A stretch of 63,767 nucleotides of DNA, the filler included. It is 6 parts of 6 records of this genome, joined end to end, with 100 filler letters (N's around TTAATTAATTAA, not from the genome) between each part and the next. Parts side by side here need not be neighbours in the genome. Positions count along the whole stretch, not along the records: positions 34,921 to 41,536 come from SRR31156797_14541; positions 41,637 to 54,263 come from SRR31156797_14552; 4 more parts are not named here. One strand, 5' to 3'. The notes below the pieces were generated by a model. It was given only the letters and a program-made list of their open reading frames with translations, was not told the origin of the DNA and did not search any database. The translations under genes and the position numbers were made by a program. Positions 39,106 through 48,469 of the stretch are shown here, piece after piece; the stretch's first letter is position 1; the number at the start of each line of letters is the position of its first letter.

Positions 39106-40245
39106 ATGAAACAATATCTCATCATCGGCAATGGTGCGGCCGGAACCACGGCTGCAGAGGCAATCAGGCAAACGGACGGGGAGGGGAAAATTGTCCTTTT
39201 GACAAAGGAGGCACTTCCGTTTTACAGCCGCATGAGGCTTCCCGAGTATGTTGCCGGCCGAATTTCTGAGACCGATCTCATCATCCGGAAACCCGACTGG
39301 TATAAGGATCGCGCCATTGATCTGAGGCTGGACACCACCGTTTCCAGGGTGGATTTCCAGGCAAAACAGGCGTTCACGGACACCGATGAGGCGATCCCCT
39401 ATGACAGCCTGCTCCTGGCATGCGGAAGCAACTCCTTCATTCCCCCGGTGGCGGGGAGCGGCAAGGACAATGTCTTCTCCCTGCGGAGCGTTGGGGATGC
39501 CGGGAAACTTGCCAATCTTCCGGCCGATGTGGAGCGGGTCGTCGTCATCGGCGGCGGGCTCCTGGGGCTCGAGGCGGGGGCGGCTCTGCTTGCCCAGGGT
39601 AAAAAGGTGACGGTGGTGGAGTTCTTTGACCGGTTGCTTCCCCGGCAGCTGGATGTCCAGGGGGCGAATCTGCTCCAGGGGCTCATGGAAACCATGGGGT
39701 TTGAGTTCTGCCTGGGCCAGGCCACGGAGGAGATCACCGGGGAGGACGCAGTGGCGGGTGTCCGGCTTAAATCCGGCGAGGAGCTTGCGGCCGATGCCGT
39801 TGTTTTTGCCGCCGGGGTAAGGTCGGATCTGGGCCTTGTCCGGGACGCCGGCATCGAGACCGACAGGGGCATCGTCGTGGACGAAAGAATGGAGGCAAGC
39901 CTTCCCGGCGTATTTGCCGCGGGGGATGTGGCCCAGTATGACGGGATCAACTTCTGCATCTGGCCCGAGGCCGTGGAGCAGGGCCGGGTGGCAGGTATCA
40001 ATATGGCCGGGGGGGAGGCGTCTTACACAACCATTGCCCCCTCAAACCGACTCAAGGTGGCGGGCATTGCCGTGGCCTCGGCGGGCGAGATCGATGCCGA
40101 CAATAAGTTTTTGAGCGACACCTCCATCCAGGGGGATGTCTACAGGAAGATCGTTACCAATGAGGACGGCCGCACCATCGGCTGCATCATGATCGGCGAT
40201 CTGAAGGATTTCAACAGCATAGTAAAAACAATAAAAGGAGCGTAG
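39106..40245 (+). CDS. FAD-dependent NAD(P)H:rubredoxin oxidoreductase-like protein
   Basis: [26 protein letters not shown]; co-located with rbr and dfx. Confidence 0.88.
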   Translation: MKQYLIIGNGAAGTTAAEAIRQTDGEGKIVLLTKEALPFYSRMRLPEYVAGRISETDLIIRKPDWYKDRAIDLRLDTTVSRVDFQAKQAFTDTDEAIPYDSLLLACGSNSFIPPVAGSGKDNVFSLRSVGDAGKLANLPADVERVVVIGGGLLGLEAGAALLAQGKKVTVVEFFDRLLPRQLDVQGANLLQGLMETMGFEFCLGQATEEITGEDAVAGVRLKSGEELAADAVVFAAGVRSDLGLVRDAGIETDRGIVVDERMEASLPGVFAAGDVAQYDGINFCIWPEAVEQGRVAGINMAGGEASYTTIAPSNRLKVAGIAVASAGEIDADNKFLSDTSIQGDVYRKIVTNEDGRTIGCIMIGDLKDFNSIVKTIKGA

Positions 40246-40250
40246 TATCA

Positions 40251-40829
40251 ATGAAAGATCTTAAGGGAACAGAGACCGAGAAAAATTTGCTCAAAGCCTT
40301 TGCCGGGGAGTCCCAGGCAAGGAACCGGTATACCTATTTTGCAAGTAAGGCAAAAAAGGAGGGCTTTGTCCAGATGCAGGCCATCTTTGAGGAGACGGCC
40401 AACCAGGAGAAGGAGCATGCAAAGCGTCTTTTCAAGTTCCTGCAAAGCGGTGAAGAACTCGAGATCACGGCGGCTTTTCCCGCTGGCGTCATCGGTGATA
40501 CCAAGGATAACCTTGAAGCTTCCGCAGCCGGGGAGAACTATGAGCACACCACCATGTATCCCGAGTTTGCAAAGATTGCCCGGTCCGAAGGGTTTGACGA
40601 GATAGCATCCGTATTTGAAGCCATTGCCGTAGCGGAAAAGCAGCATGAAAAACGATTTCTGGATCTTAAGGCCAACATCGAGAATGAAAGGGTTTTCAAG
40701 CGTGATGCCAGCGTGACCTGGAGATGCCGGAACTGCGGTTATCTCCATGAGGGAACCGAGCCCTGTGACGTCTGTCCCGCCTGTGCCCATGCCCAGGCTC
40801 ATTTTGAGCTGCTTGGCGAGAATTATTAA
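40251..40829 (+). CDS. rbr: Rubrerythrin
   Basis: [35 protein letters not shown]...CPACAH. Confidence 0.97.
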   Translation: MKDLKGTETEKNLLKAFAGESQARNRYTYFASKAKKEGFVQMQAIFEETANQEKEHAKRLFKFLQSGEELEITAAFPAGVIGDTKDNLEASAAGENYEHTTMYPEFAKIARSEGFDEIASVFEAIAVAEKQHEKRFLDLKANIENERVFKRDASVTWRCRNCGYLHEGTEPCDVCPACAHAQAHFELLGENY

Positions 40830-40844
40830 TCAAAGGAGAGAAAA

Positions 40845-41219
40845 ATGGCTGAAAAACTGGGTGTTTATAGATGTGAACTGTGCGGCAATATCGCAGAAGT
40901 TCTCCATGGCGAGGATCCTGTCATGTCCTGCTGCGGCCAGGAGATGACCCTGCTGGTGCCCAATTCCGTGGATGCGGCCCGTGAAAAGCACGTGCCGATG
41001 GTGGAGAAGATCGAGGGCGGCTACCTTGTCAAGGTGGGTAGCGTTGCCCATCCCATGGAGGAGAAACACTACATCGAGTGGATCGAGCTCAATGCCGACG
41101 GCATGGTCTTAAGAAAGTTCCTGAACCCCGGGGATGCCCCGGAAGCAAGGTTCTTTGTGGATGCTGACAATGTGACCGCCAGGGAGTACTGCAACCTTCA
41201 CGGTTTCTGGACTTCTTAA
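40845..41219 (+). CDS. dfx: Desulfoferrodoxin (2Fe superoxide reductase)
   Basis: [34 protein letters not shown]. Confidence 0.97.
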   Translation: MAEKLGVYRCELCGNIAEVLHGEDPVMSCCGQEMTLLVPNSVDAAREKHVPMVEKIEGGYLVKVGSVAHPMEEKHYIEWIELNADGMVLRKFLNPGDAPEARFFVDADNVTAREYCNLHGFWTS

Positions 41220-41238
41220 TCCCTGATTAAGTTTTGAA

Positions 41239-41280
41239 TTTCCCGTCACCGTCTCCCGTAGCGGGAAACGGTGACGGGAA
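41239..41280. terminator. Long hairpin between converging genes
   Basis: TTCCCGTCACCGTCTCCCG-TAG-CGGGAAACGGTGACGGGAA. Confidence 0.75.
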
Positions 41281-41287
41281 CAACCGC

Positions 41288-41536
41288 TTATTTCTGTTCC
41301 AGCAGTTTACCGGAGAGGAGGCGGATATGATCCATCTCCTCCTTGACGATGTTGTCCACCCGTGCTTTTCCAAGCTCGCTGGGCACCAGCTCCTTCATCC
41401 CAAGATAAAAGACGATGGAGTCCTTTTCCGCTTCTATGGCAGCTTTAAGGATCTCCTTCATGTCTTTGCCGGGGAAAGGCTTTTCAAAGAACACCCGGGT
41501 GTCGGCAAGGGCCTTGAGGTAGAGAACCGCTTCTTC
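41288..41536 (-). CDS. Ferritin-like / rubrerythrin-family protein, C-terminal part
   Basis: AIEAEKDSIVFY...IVKEEMDHI diiron motifs; 5' truncated. Confidence 0.85.
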   Translation of the reverse strand, partial: EEAVLYLKALADTRVFFEKPFPGKDMKEILKAAIEAEKDSIVFYLGMKELVPSELGKARVDNIVKEEMDHIRLLSGKLLEQK

Positions 41537-41636
41537 NNNNNNNNNNNNNNNNNNNNNNNNNNNNNNNNNNNNNNNNNNNNTTAATTAATTAANNNNNNNN
41601 NNNNNNNNNNNNNNNNNNNNNNNNNNNNNNNNNNNN
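41537..41636. other. Artificial contig linker
   Basis: N-run/TTAATTAATTAA/N-run. Confidence 0.99.
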
Positions 41637-41637
41637 A

Positions 41638-42141
41638 CCTTTTGAAATTGTTGAATTTCAGCATTTTAAGCCAGGTAAGGGTGGTGCCATGATGCGCACC
41701 AAGCTCCGTCATATGAGAACCGGTCAGGTTTTGGATAAGACTTTTCGTTCTGGTGAGAAGGTCAAGAAGCCGGATATGGTCGTCGTTGGCATGCAGTTCA
41801 TTTATAAAGACGGTACAGATTATGTCTTTATGGACCTTGAGACCTACGAGCAGATGAATGTTCCTGACGAAAATGTCGGAGAGAAGGGCGGTTACATCAA
41901 AGAAGGCGATACCGTAAAAGTTCTGTTATATAATGGTGAGCTTATCGGCGTCGATTTGCCTGCCAATGTTAATTTGACTGTTGCGCAGACCGATCCGGGA
42001 ATACAGGGGGATCGCGTGAGTAATGCGACCAAGCCTGCAACCCTTGAAACCGGCCTTAAAATCAACGTGCCTCTCTTTATTAACGAGGGCGACTTGATCA
42101 AGGTTGACACCCGCAGCGGAGAATATCTGGGACGCGAATAA
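41638..42141 (+). CDS. efp: Elongation factor P (5' truncated)
   Basis: FQHFKPGKGGA, FMDLETYEQ, KPATLETG..VPLFINEGD..VDTR. Confidence 0.97.
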   Translation, partial: PFEIVEFQHFKPGKGGAMMRTKLRHMRTGQVLDKTFRSGEKVKKPDMVVVGMQFIYKDGTDYVFMDLETYEQMNVPDENVGEKGGYIKEGDTVKVLLYNGELIGVDLPANVNLTVAQTDPGIQGDRVSNATKPATLETGLKINVPLFINEGDLIKVDTRSGEYLGRE

Positions 42142-42173
42142 GGCGGACTTGCAACTCGTTGTGAAAATTGCGT

Positions 42174-42214
42174 AAAAAGGGTCGTGGACAGCGTGCTGTC
42201 CAGGACCTTTTTTT
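42174..42214 (+). terminator. Intrinsic terminator after efp
   Basis: GGTC.TGGACAGC-GT-GCTGTCCA.GACC stem followed by a T run. Confidence 0.65.
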
Positions 42215-42229
42215 ACAAAGTGAGACCTC

Positions 42230-44446
42230 ATGGTAAAAAAGCGGAAAACAACAGTACAGCATGACAAAAAAGGGCGTGGTCCGGAATTTATCGGACTGTT
42301 TTTCCTGTTTATGTCGGCCTTTCTGTTTCTGAGCCTCTTATCATTTAGCCCCGGCGATCCGAGCTTTAATCAGTCTGTGACGTCAGGCGCGCCCGTGCAG
42401 AATGTGGTCGGGTATGCCGGAGCATACTGCGCCGGTTTTCTTGTCACTGTTTTTGGCCTAGGTGCTTTATTTTGGCCAATTTATTTTTTGTATCTCGGTT
42501 TGACCAAGTTTGTGTCCAAATTGAAACTTTCCGCTACCCGTTGGTTAGGCCTTGTTGGGTTGTTTGTTGCATTTGAAGCATGGGCTATGCATCCATGGTT
42601 TTCTACGGTGCCTCATGACGCTTATGGTCTTATTGGGAGTGGGTATTTCGGTCGTGACATCATTACTCGATTTACCATGCCGTATTTGCGGCCCGTCGGG
42701 ACATTTCTCCTGTGGCTTTTTGTCACCATTATTTCCTTTCAGGGTGTCCTTGGTTTTACATGGGCCTCCGTGTGGAATGCTTTGGTTCAATGGTGGGATG
42801 CCTATCGTGAAGGCGCTCTAGAGCGGCAAGAAGCACGTAAGGATCGCAAGGAAGCTAAGGCTTCGACAAAAGAAGCAAAAAAGAAAGAATCATCCCAAGA
42901 AGATATGGGGTTGCAGTTTGTTGATCTCGAGTCGGAAACGCCGGCAAAACCAAAACCGCGTTCAAAACCGAAATCAAAGAATGTTGTCAAATCCACTGCT
43001 CAAAAAGTTTCTGGCAATGGAGATCTTCCTACCACAGAACTTTTGACTCCTCCTGTTGCTCGTAAAACCAGTCAGACACAGCAAGTCTTGCAGCCTTTGG
43101 CTGACAGGCTCAAAGAATGTTTGAATGATTTTAACGTTCAAGGTGAAATTCAACAGGTTGTTCCCGGTCCCGTAGTGACCATGTTTGAATTTAAGCCCGC
43201 GCCGGGTATCAAGGTCAGCAAAATTGAAAATCTGACAGATGATATTGCACTGGCTTTGCGTGCTGAATCCGTCCGTATTGAAGCGCCAATTCCTGGTAAA
43301 GACAGTGTAGGGATCGAAATTCCCAATATCGATCGTGAAATGGTCTTTTTGCGGGAAGTGCTTGAATCAGAAGAGTTTATCGAATCAAAGTCGCCGTTGA
43401 CCATGGCTCTCGGTAAAGACATTCACGGAGCGACTAAGGTCGCTGATTTGGCAAAAATGCCACATCTTTTGGTGGCAGGTGCCACCGGTGCGGGTAAGTC
43501 TGTTGGTATCAATGGCTTTTTGTTGAGTCTGCTATATAAGGCTGGCCCTGAAGACGTTAAACTTTTGCTGGTCGACCCTAAGCGTATTGAGTTGGCGCCG
43601 TATGCGGAGTTGCCTCATCTGGTACATCCGGTTGTCACGGATATGAATCTTGCCAAGAGCGCGTTGGAATGGGCTGTGTTTGAGATGGATTGTCGATACA
43701 AAAAAATGGCCCAGCTTGGTGTGCGCAATATTGAAGGGTACAACCAAAAGCTGGCTTCCATGGGCGATAATCTCCCAGAAGAATTTCAACACATGAAGCC
43801 AATGCCATATTTGGTTATAATTATTGATGAGTTAGCAGATTTGATGATGACGGCCGCCAAGGACGTGGAACAATGCATCGTTCGTTTGGCACAGTTGGCC
43901 CGTGCTGCCGGAATCCATATGATTTTGGCTACACAGCGTCCCAGTGTGGATGTTGTCACCGGTATCATCAAGGCCAACTTCCCCACGCGTATATCCTTTT
44001 TTGTGACTTCAAAGTTTGATTCGCGGACCATTTTGGATGGCGTGGGGGCAGAACGTTTGCTTGGCAAAGGGGATATGCTTTTCAAGCCCAGCGGTGGTAA
44101 ACTTAAGCGTATGCACGGAGCGTACGTAGATGAGACGGAAATTGCGCATGTCGTTAAGTTCTGGAAGGAATCCATACCGCAGGAATTTGAACTTGATTTT
44201 TCTGATTGGAAGCAGAAATCAGGTGACGGCGGTGGTTCTGGCCCTGCAGGGCAGTCTGATGATCCTGTATATGATGAGGCGGTACAGTTCGTGCTTACTC
44301 AAGGCAAGGCTTCTATTTCTTTGTTGCAACGACGTTTCAGAATTGGTTTTAACCGTGCTGCACGTTTTATCGAACAAATGGAAACAGAAGGTATTCTTGG
44401 CCCACAGGAAGGCAGCAAGCCTCGCAAGGTTCTCAAGTCTGAATAA
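42230..44446 (+). CDS. ftsK: DNA translocase FtsK
   Basis: N-terminal TMs, MPHLLVAGATGAGKS, IIIDELADLM, ATQRPSVDV, gamma domain LQRRFRIGFNRAAR. Confidence 0.97.
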   Translation: MVKKRKTTVQHDKKGRGPEFIGLFFLFMSAFLFLSLLSFSPGDPSFNQSVTSGAPVQNVVGYAGAYCAGFLVTVFGLGALFWPIYFLYLGLTKFVSKLKLSATRWLGLVGLFVAFEAWAMHPWFSTVPHDAYGLIGSGYFGRDIITRFTMPYLRPVGTFLLWLFVTIISFQGVLGFTWASVWNALVQWWDAYREGALERQEARKDRKEAKASTKEAKKKESSQEDMGLQFVDLESETPAKPKPRSKPKSKNVVKSTAQKVSGNGDLPTTELLTPPVARKTSQTQQVLQPLADRLKECLNDFNVQGEIQQVVPGPVVTMFEFKPAPGIKVSKIENLTDDIALALRAESVRIEAPIPGKDSVGIEIPNIDREMVFLREVLESEEFIESKSPLTMALGKDIHGATKVADLAKMPHLLVAGATGAGKSVGINGFLLSLLYKAGPEDVKLLLVDPKRIELAPYAELPHLVHPVVTDMNLAKSALEWAVFEMDCRYKKMAQLGVRNIEGYNQKLASMGDNLPEEFQHMKPMPYLVIIIDELADLMMTAAKDVEQCIVRLAQLARAAGIHMILATQRPSVDVVTGIIKANFPTRISFFVTSKFDSRTILDGVGAERLLGKGDMLFKPSGGKLKRMHGAYVDETEIAHVVKFWKESIPQEFELDFSDWKQKSGDGGGSGPAGQSDDPVYDEAVQFVLTQGKASISLLQRRFRIGFNRAARFIEQMETEGILGPQEGSKPRKVLKSE

Positions 44447-44460
44447 TTGGAGAAAAGTGA

Positions 44461-45153
44461 ATGTCTAGATTGTATATTTTGTGTGTAACGGTTTTTTGTA
44501 CTTTGTTGATTCCTTTAACCGCGATTGCAGCGGAACCCGTGGCTCCAGAAGATTTGCCTGACCTTATTCAGCAACGATATGAAACTTTGAAGACTTTTCA
44601 GGCTGATTTTGTTCAGGAGTTGACCAATGTTGCCAGTGGCGAAGTGGAAACCCGTGAGGGGAAAATATGGTTCCGTCAGCCGTCACAAGTGCGGTGGGAA
44701 ACCACGAAGCCGGAAAACGAATTGCTCGTCGTCGGGCCGGAGTTTGCCTGGAATTACATTGAGGACGAAGAGCTTGCTATCAAATACAGTGTGGCAAGTC
44801 TTTTGGATTCAAAGACCATTTTGCGCTTTATATCCGGTCAGGCCAACATCAAGGAAGATTTTGTAGTTAAGACGGAGTGGCAGGGTGCCGATGCCGTCCG
44901 TGAGCGGTGGGGCAAGGGCTTTACCGTATTGCAGCTCGTTCCCAAGGAAGCTGAACCGGGTATGGTTCTCGCCTTTGTGGGCGTAGAATCAGACACCGGT
45001 TTGCTTCGACAGGTTATGATTGTTGATTTTTATGGAAACGGCAATGAACTCAGGTTGTCCAATGTCGAGTTGGATGTAGATTTGTCGCCTGAAATGTTTA
45101 CCTTTGTTCCGCCTCAGGGAACGCAGGTAGAAGACAATACTCAGGGGTTCTAA
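44461..45153 (+). CDS. lolA: Outer-membrane lipoprotein carrier LolA
   Basis: FQADFVQ, GKIWFRQP..RWE, FTFVPPQG; follows ftsK. Confidence 0.92.
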   Translation: MSRLYILCVTVFCTLLIPLTAIAAEPVAPEDLPDLIQQRYETLKTFQADFVQELTNVASGEVETREGKIWFRQPSQVRWETTKPENELLVVGPEFAWNYIEDEELAIKYSVASLLDSKTILRFISGQANIKEDFVVKTEWQGADAVRERWGKGFTVLQLVPKEAEPGMVLAFVGVESDTGLLRQVMIVDFYGNGNELRLSNVELDVDLSPEMFTFVPPQGTQVEDNTQGF

Positions 45154-45905
45154 ATGAGCTTAACGGCTTTTTTTAGAGCCTGAAGTTCACTCTTTGTCAA
45201 CTCGCGCCACATACCGCGTTTGAGATTTCCCAAGTTCACAGGGCCTTGCTTGACCCGCCTGAGGTGAAGAATGGTGAGTCCCAAGATGTCGCACATGCGA
45301 CGAATCTGTCGATTTATTCCTTGAATAAGTGTGATTTCGACTTGTTGGGTGCCTGCGACAGGCCTCTTCAATTCTACTTTGGCAGGTGCCAGCTTGTCGC
45401 CTTCAGGGAGCGTCATGCCTTGACGCATGGTCTTGACCGCTGATTCAGGCACTGTGCCACGCACTGTCACCTGATAGACTTTGGGCAGATGGTATTTAGG
45501 ATGGGTGAGGCGATAGCACAGGTCTCCGTCCGTGGTCAGCAAGAGCAGGCCTTCGGAAAAATAATCCAGACGGCCTACGGGAAATGGTCTCAATTTTCTG
45601 ATTTCATTGGGAAGAAAGTCAAGAACTGTCTGTCTTCCCTGCGGGTCATTAACCGTTGTAACCGTTTCTATGGGTTTGTGCAGGATTAGCGTTATATCTC
45701 CGGCTTTACCGGGGAGCCTGATGGATCTGCCATTAACCGTGACAGCATCTACATCAGGGTCAACTTTGATTCCGGGGGAATCTGCAGTTGTATCGTTAAC
45801 GGTTACCTGACCACTGAAGACGAGGTCATCTGCGCCGCGACGGGAGGTTACTCCGCACTGGGCGATAAATTTATTCAGTCGGATTTGTTTTTTTTCATTG
45901 GACAT
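45150..45905 (-). CDS. RluB/RsuA-family pseudouridine synthase
   Basis: S4 domain RLNKFIA..SRRGAD, VGRLDYFSEGLLLLT. Confidence 0.93.
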   Translation of the reverse strand: MSNEKKQIRLNKFIAQCGVTSRRGADDLVFSGQVTVNDTTADSPGIKVDPDVDAVTVNGRSIRLPGKAGDITLILHKPIETVTTVNDPQGRQTVLDFLPNEIRKLRPFPVGRLDYFSEGLLLLTTDGDLCYRLTHPKYHLPKVYQVTVRGTVPESAVKTMRQGMTLPEGDKLAPAKVELKRPVAGTQQVEITLIQGINRQIRRMCDILGLTILHLRRVKQGPVNLGNLKRGMWRELTKSELQALKKAVKLI

Positions 45906-45914
45906 TCGCTGTTC

Positions 45915-46529
45915 TTAGACACGAATTGTCTTTGTGGCAAGCTGGAAACTGGTTACAATGTCGAGCATATTAGTCACATCACCCACCCCTTTTTGTGCAG
46001 TCAGTCCGAAAAATTCAAGACAAGTTCCACAGACAAGAATGGAAACGCCATCTTTTTCAAGCTCTTGTAATGCATCAAGGCATCGACTGTTTTTGACGGC
46101 CAGCTTCACGCCTCCGTTGACCATGACAATGCGCCACAAATCGTTTCCAAGCTCCTTGAGTGTGCTCAGGAAGTTGAACATGAGACTGGAGCCAAGTTCG
46201 TCATCACCAACCCCCATGACGTCCGAAGCAATGAAAATCAATATTTTTTGATTATCGAGATCTTTGATTTCCTGTCTGGACATGACCTTGCATATTTCGC
46301 ATTCTTCGGTTTCTAATTTGCAAGCGGTCACGACAATGTTGGAACCGTTCATTTCGGTTGAAACTTCGTAACCGTGTGTTGCCAAAAAACGGGAGACATT
46401 TTCTTTTGCCGCTTCATTGTCGACTGTGACCAAAAGACGTTCAGGCGTTTGATTTTCTAAAGCTTTTTTTGCTTTAAGCACAGGTTGAGGGCACGGCAGA
46501 CCTTTGCAGTCGAGTGAAATATCAGTCAT
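45915..46529 (-). CDS. yedF: Selenium-metabolism YedF-like protein (TusA + DsrE domains)
   Basis: LDCKGLPCPQPV, GDDELG, NGGVKL, VCGTCL. Confidence 0.88.
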   Translation of the reverse strand: MTDISLDCKGLPCPQPVLKAKKALENQTPERLLVTVDNEAAKENVSRFLATHGYEVSTEMNGSNIVVTACKLETEECEICKVMSRQEIKDLDNQKILIFIASDVMGVGDDELGSSLMFNFLSTLKELGNDLWRIVMVNGGVKLAVKNSRCLDALQELEKDGVSILVCGTCLEFFGLTAQKGVGDVTNMLDIVTSFQLATKTIRV

Positions 46530-46688
46530 TGTTTCTCCTTAAATAATACGTCATCACAGCTGCCCTAGTAGGTCAAATAGATAAAATGTATTAATTTAAG
46601 TTTTTGAAAAGAATTTTTCGATAAGACTTCTTCACTTGTCCTTCATGTGTAGAGTCGATATGTAGGCATCATAAAAAGTGATTATATA

Positions 46689-47333
46689 ATGAAAATACCA
46701 TTTGATCCATTGCGCTTGGTTCCATTCGTTTCAGCTGTTTTTAACGGGTGGAGTAGGAGTTTACGTTTTGAAGAACATGGTAATTTTGAGTCTTTGATTG
46801 AACAAAGTAGACAAGGCAAGCCCTTCATTTTTGCGCTATGGCATGGAGAATTATTTCCTTTAGCGGCCTACGCAAAACGGTTTGATTGTCGATTCGCGAT
46901 CATTGTTAGTCAAAGTAAGGATGGGGAATTCATTGCTCGGTTTCTTGAACGTAACGGACATACCACTGTCCGTGGGTCGAGTTCTCGGGGCGGTGTGAAA
47001 GCTCTCATCCAAACAAAGCGTTTAATATTAAAAGAAAAATTAATTGGCGGAATAACTGTTGATGGTCCGCGAGGGCCTCGGCATAAGGCCAAGGACGGTG
47101 TTATTTTGCTTGCTCAAAGGACTGGAGCACAAATTGTACCTTTGCGGGCGTCTGTTTCGCGAAAAAAAATGTTCAATTCCTGGGATAAATTTGTGGTTCC
47201 GTATCCGTTTTCAAAATGTCATTTTCATGTTGGTGAACCGATGGATGTGACTTCGGATAAATTGGATAAGGATGTTTTGAAACGAGAGAGAAAGCGTTTG
47301 GAAAAACGATTGCTTGCACTCGGATCAGAATAA
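46689..47333 (+). CDS. DUF374 / lysophospholipid acyltransferase-family protein
   Basis: WHGE, SQSKDGE, RGSSSRGG, VDGPRGP, SWDKF. Confidence 0.88.
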   Translation: MKIPFDPLRLVPFVSAVFNGWSRSLRFEEHGNFESLIEQSRQGKPFIFALWHGELFPLAAYAKRFDCRFAIIVSQSKDGEFIARFLERNGHTTVRGSSSRGGVKALIQTKRLILKEKLIGGITVDGPRGPRHKAKDGVILLAQRTGAQIVPLRASVSRKKMFNSWDKFVVPYPFSKCHFHVGEPMDVTSDKLDKDVLKRERKRLEKRLLALGSE

Positions 47334-47365
47334 AAAGGGGACGCCTTGGCGTCCCCTTTTTATTC
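47328..47365. terminator. Bidirectional intrinsic terminator
   Basis: GAATAAAAAGGGGACGCC-TT-GGCGTCCCCTTTTTATTC perfect inverted repeat between converging genes. Confidence 0.9.
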
Positions 47366-48451
47366 TTAGTCGACTTTTTTCCTTGCCGTGCCGTCCTTGA
47401 AGAAGGGGAGGGCTACTTTTTGTGCTTTCAGTTCTACACGGGCTGTTTTTACGATAAATTCATCGCCATCGGCATCCTCTGCTCGAACATACGCCAGTGC
47501 GATGCAGTGTCCTAAACTTGGGGCGAAAGATCCGCTGGTGATTACTCCTGTCTTTTCTCCGTTGGGCAGTAAGACATCGTCGTGATGTCGTGCAGTGCGG
47601 CGTCCTTCAATGCTCAGGGCGATCAAGGATTCCTTAACTTCTGCCAAGCCTGATTTTCCAATGTACTCGCTTTGTTTTTTCAGGAAGAAACCAGCTCCAG
47701 CCTCTTTGGGGGTGTGGTCTTCATCCAGATCTTGACCATAAAGCGGATAGCCTATTTCCAGTCGCAAGGTATCTCTGGCCCCAAGTCCAACGGGTTCTAC
47801 TCGTTCATCTGCTGCAAGCTTTTCCCAAACTTCCAGAGCTTTGTCCGATGGGAGATAGAGCTCATATCCGAGTTCGCCTGTATAGCCAGTACGACTGATG
47901 ATCATGGGAAATCCGGTAACATCAGTTTTTTCGAAATTAAAATATTTCAGATGATTCCACTTGGACTCCAACAAAGTATTGAGGATTTCCAGGCTTTCAG
48001 GACCTTGTACGTCGATTTTGGCCGTTTCATCGCTCACATCGGTCAAGATCAAGCTTGCCGGCAGATTCGCCCGGATGTGATCAAAGTCTTTTTGTCGACA
48101 TGCGCCATTAACAACCAGCATGTATTCGTCTTCGGCTGTGCAGTAGATAATGAGATCATCATTAATGCCGCCTGATTCATTGAGCAGGAAGCCATAGCGG
48201 CATTTGCCCGGAGCCAGTGTTTCCAAGTCATGGCTAACGACTTTGTTTAGGCCGTCTTTTGCGCCGACGCCGGATAACTTGAATTCACCCATATGGCTGA
48301 TGTCGAATATACCGGCCTTGGAGCGGGTATGCTTGTGTTCGACAATAATGCCCTTGTATTGCACTGGCATGTCAAATCCGGCGAACGGTGCCATTTTGGC
48401 ACCGTTTTCTCGATGCCACTCAGTGAGCGGTGTTGTGGCGAGAGATTCCAA
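47366..48451 (-). CDS. gcvT: Glycine cleavage system aminomethyltransferase T
   Basis: PFAGFDMPVQY, FDISHMG, SRTGYTGELGYE, GLGARDTLRLE. Confidence 0.96.
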   Translation of the reverse strand: MESLATTPLTEWHRENGAKMAPFAGFDMPVQYKGIIVEHKHTRSKAGIFDISHMGEFKLSGVGAKDGLNKVVSHDLETLAPGKCRYGFLLNESGGINDDLIIYCTAEDEYMLVVNGACRQKDFDHIRANLPASLILTDVSDETAKIDVQGPESLEILNTLLESKWNHLKYFNFEKTDVTGFPMIISRTGYTGELGYELYLPSDKALEVWEKLAADERVEPVGLGARDTLRLEIGYPLYGQDLDEDHTPKEAGAGFFLKKQSEYIGKSGLAEVKESLIALSIEGRRTARHHDDVLLPNGEKTGVITSGSFAPSLGHCIALAYVRAEDADGDEFIVKTARVELKAQKVALPFFKDGTARKKVD

Positions 48452-48469
48452 TGTAAACTCCTTTTTGAA

